Below, in pieces: positions 63,126 through 64,000 of a DNA stretch of 64,000 nucleotides. Below the pieces are notes generated by a model, which was not told the DNA's origin, did not search any database, and worked only from the letters and a program-made list of their open reading frames with translations. The position numbers and the translations under genes are program-made. Within the stretch, counting starts at the first letter, position 1. The number at the start of each line of letters is the position of its first letter. Location of the stretch: contig OX597832.1 of assembly GCA_951406725.2 (NCBI GenBank), positions 682,001 to 746,000 on the forward strand. Reading direction: 5' to 3'. The stretch comes from Octopus vulgaris. Lineage: Eukaryota.

Positions 63126-64000
63126 TAGTTTTATTTTTATTTTTATAGCGTGCTTTCACTTCACTACCGAGCGCAGCTCTGTGTGCCTTGGGTATGTGCT
63201 GTGATTTGTTGTGATGCTCTGATGGTTATTGTATGGAAAGTGTTCTGCGTAGGATGTGTGCAGTGCCTAGTAGTGCAATTTTCTGTATGTTATATGTGTT
63301 TGTAAGTCCTGGTGTTTTTGTTATGTATTTGTCTGAATATTTTTTTATCATGCCTAATGCACCTACTATGATAGGAATTGTTTCTGTTTTCAGATTCCAC
63401 ATTCTAGTTACCTCTATTTCCAGGTCTTTGTATTTTGAGAGTTTCTCCATTTCTTTTAGAGACACGTTGTCATCTGCCGGTACTGATACATCAATTAGAA
63501 AGCATTTTTTTCTTCATGGTCTCTGACAACTATATCTGGTCTGTTGGCCTTAATTTCTCTATCTGTGTGTATCGGCATATCCCAGAGTATGGTTGCTTTC
63601 TCGTTTTCTGTGACCTTTTCTGGTGTGTGCCTATACCATCTTTTTTCTGTTGTTATTCCATAATGTTGGCATAGCTTCCAATGTATGTAAGTTCCAACTC
63701 TGTCATGTCTGTGAATATATTCCTTCTTAGCCAGGACTGGGCAGCTAGAGATAATATGATTTATTGTTTCTTGTCCATCTCCACATATTCTGCAGTTACT
63801 TGTAATATTTCTTTTCATTACATGTTTTTGGTAATTTCTGGTGGGGAGGCTTTGGTCTTGTGCTGCAATTAAAAATCCCTCTGTTTCTGCTTTGAGTCCT
63901 GAGCTTCTCAACCATTGCTGGGATTTTTCTTTGTCTATTTCTTTTGCGTTTAGTTTAGTCCAGTATTTACCATGAAGGGGCTTTTCTTGCCATCGTTTTA
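63123..64000 (-). mobile_element. R4/Dong-clade LINE 3' end (CCHC knuckle and restriction-like endonuclease) ending in (AAT)n
   Basis: AAQDQSLPTRNY, CRICG..ETINHIISSC, RHDRV, NRPDIV, KYKDL, PIIVGALG, IQKIALLGTAHILRR. Confidence 0.92.

Overview
Eukaryotic, AT-rich, microsatellite-saturated DNA. The repeat content looks like an octopus or other coleoid genome; this comes from recognising the SINE families and was not verified. I can support no host protein-coding gene, rRNA, functional tRNA or CRISPR array, and most listed ORFs are microsatellite or antisense artefacts. The window is almost entirely nested mobile DNA: Penelope-like elements (PLEs of Naiad-, Poseidon- and Neptune-like type), RTE, Tx1/L1 and R4/Dong LINEs, a Ty3/Gypsy element with a near-intact 853-aa pol, a BEL/Pao gag relic, a solo LTR, Chapaev3-like and possibly Sola2-like DNA transposons, Tc1/mariner and Tigger MITEs, Helitrons and several SINE families. 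About 10.3 kb (30293-40557) is repeated almost identically at 40658-50928 across a 100-N gap, probably an assembly artefact. The most interesting signal is a dense, diverse set of minimal type-I hammerhead-ribozyme-like motifs at about 10 distinct loci. These include canonical cores, U3-A8 covariants, a family-wide A6U variant and an A9C variant. Several sit in PLE terminal repeats, and several short insertions share a fold-back-plus-tail architecture. All folds were read by eye and no catalytic activity is demonstrated.
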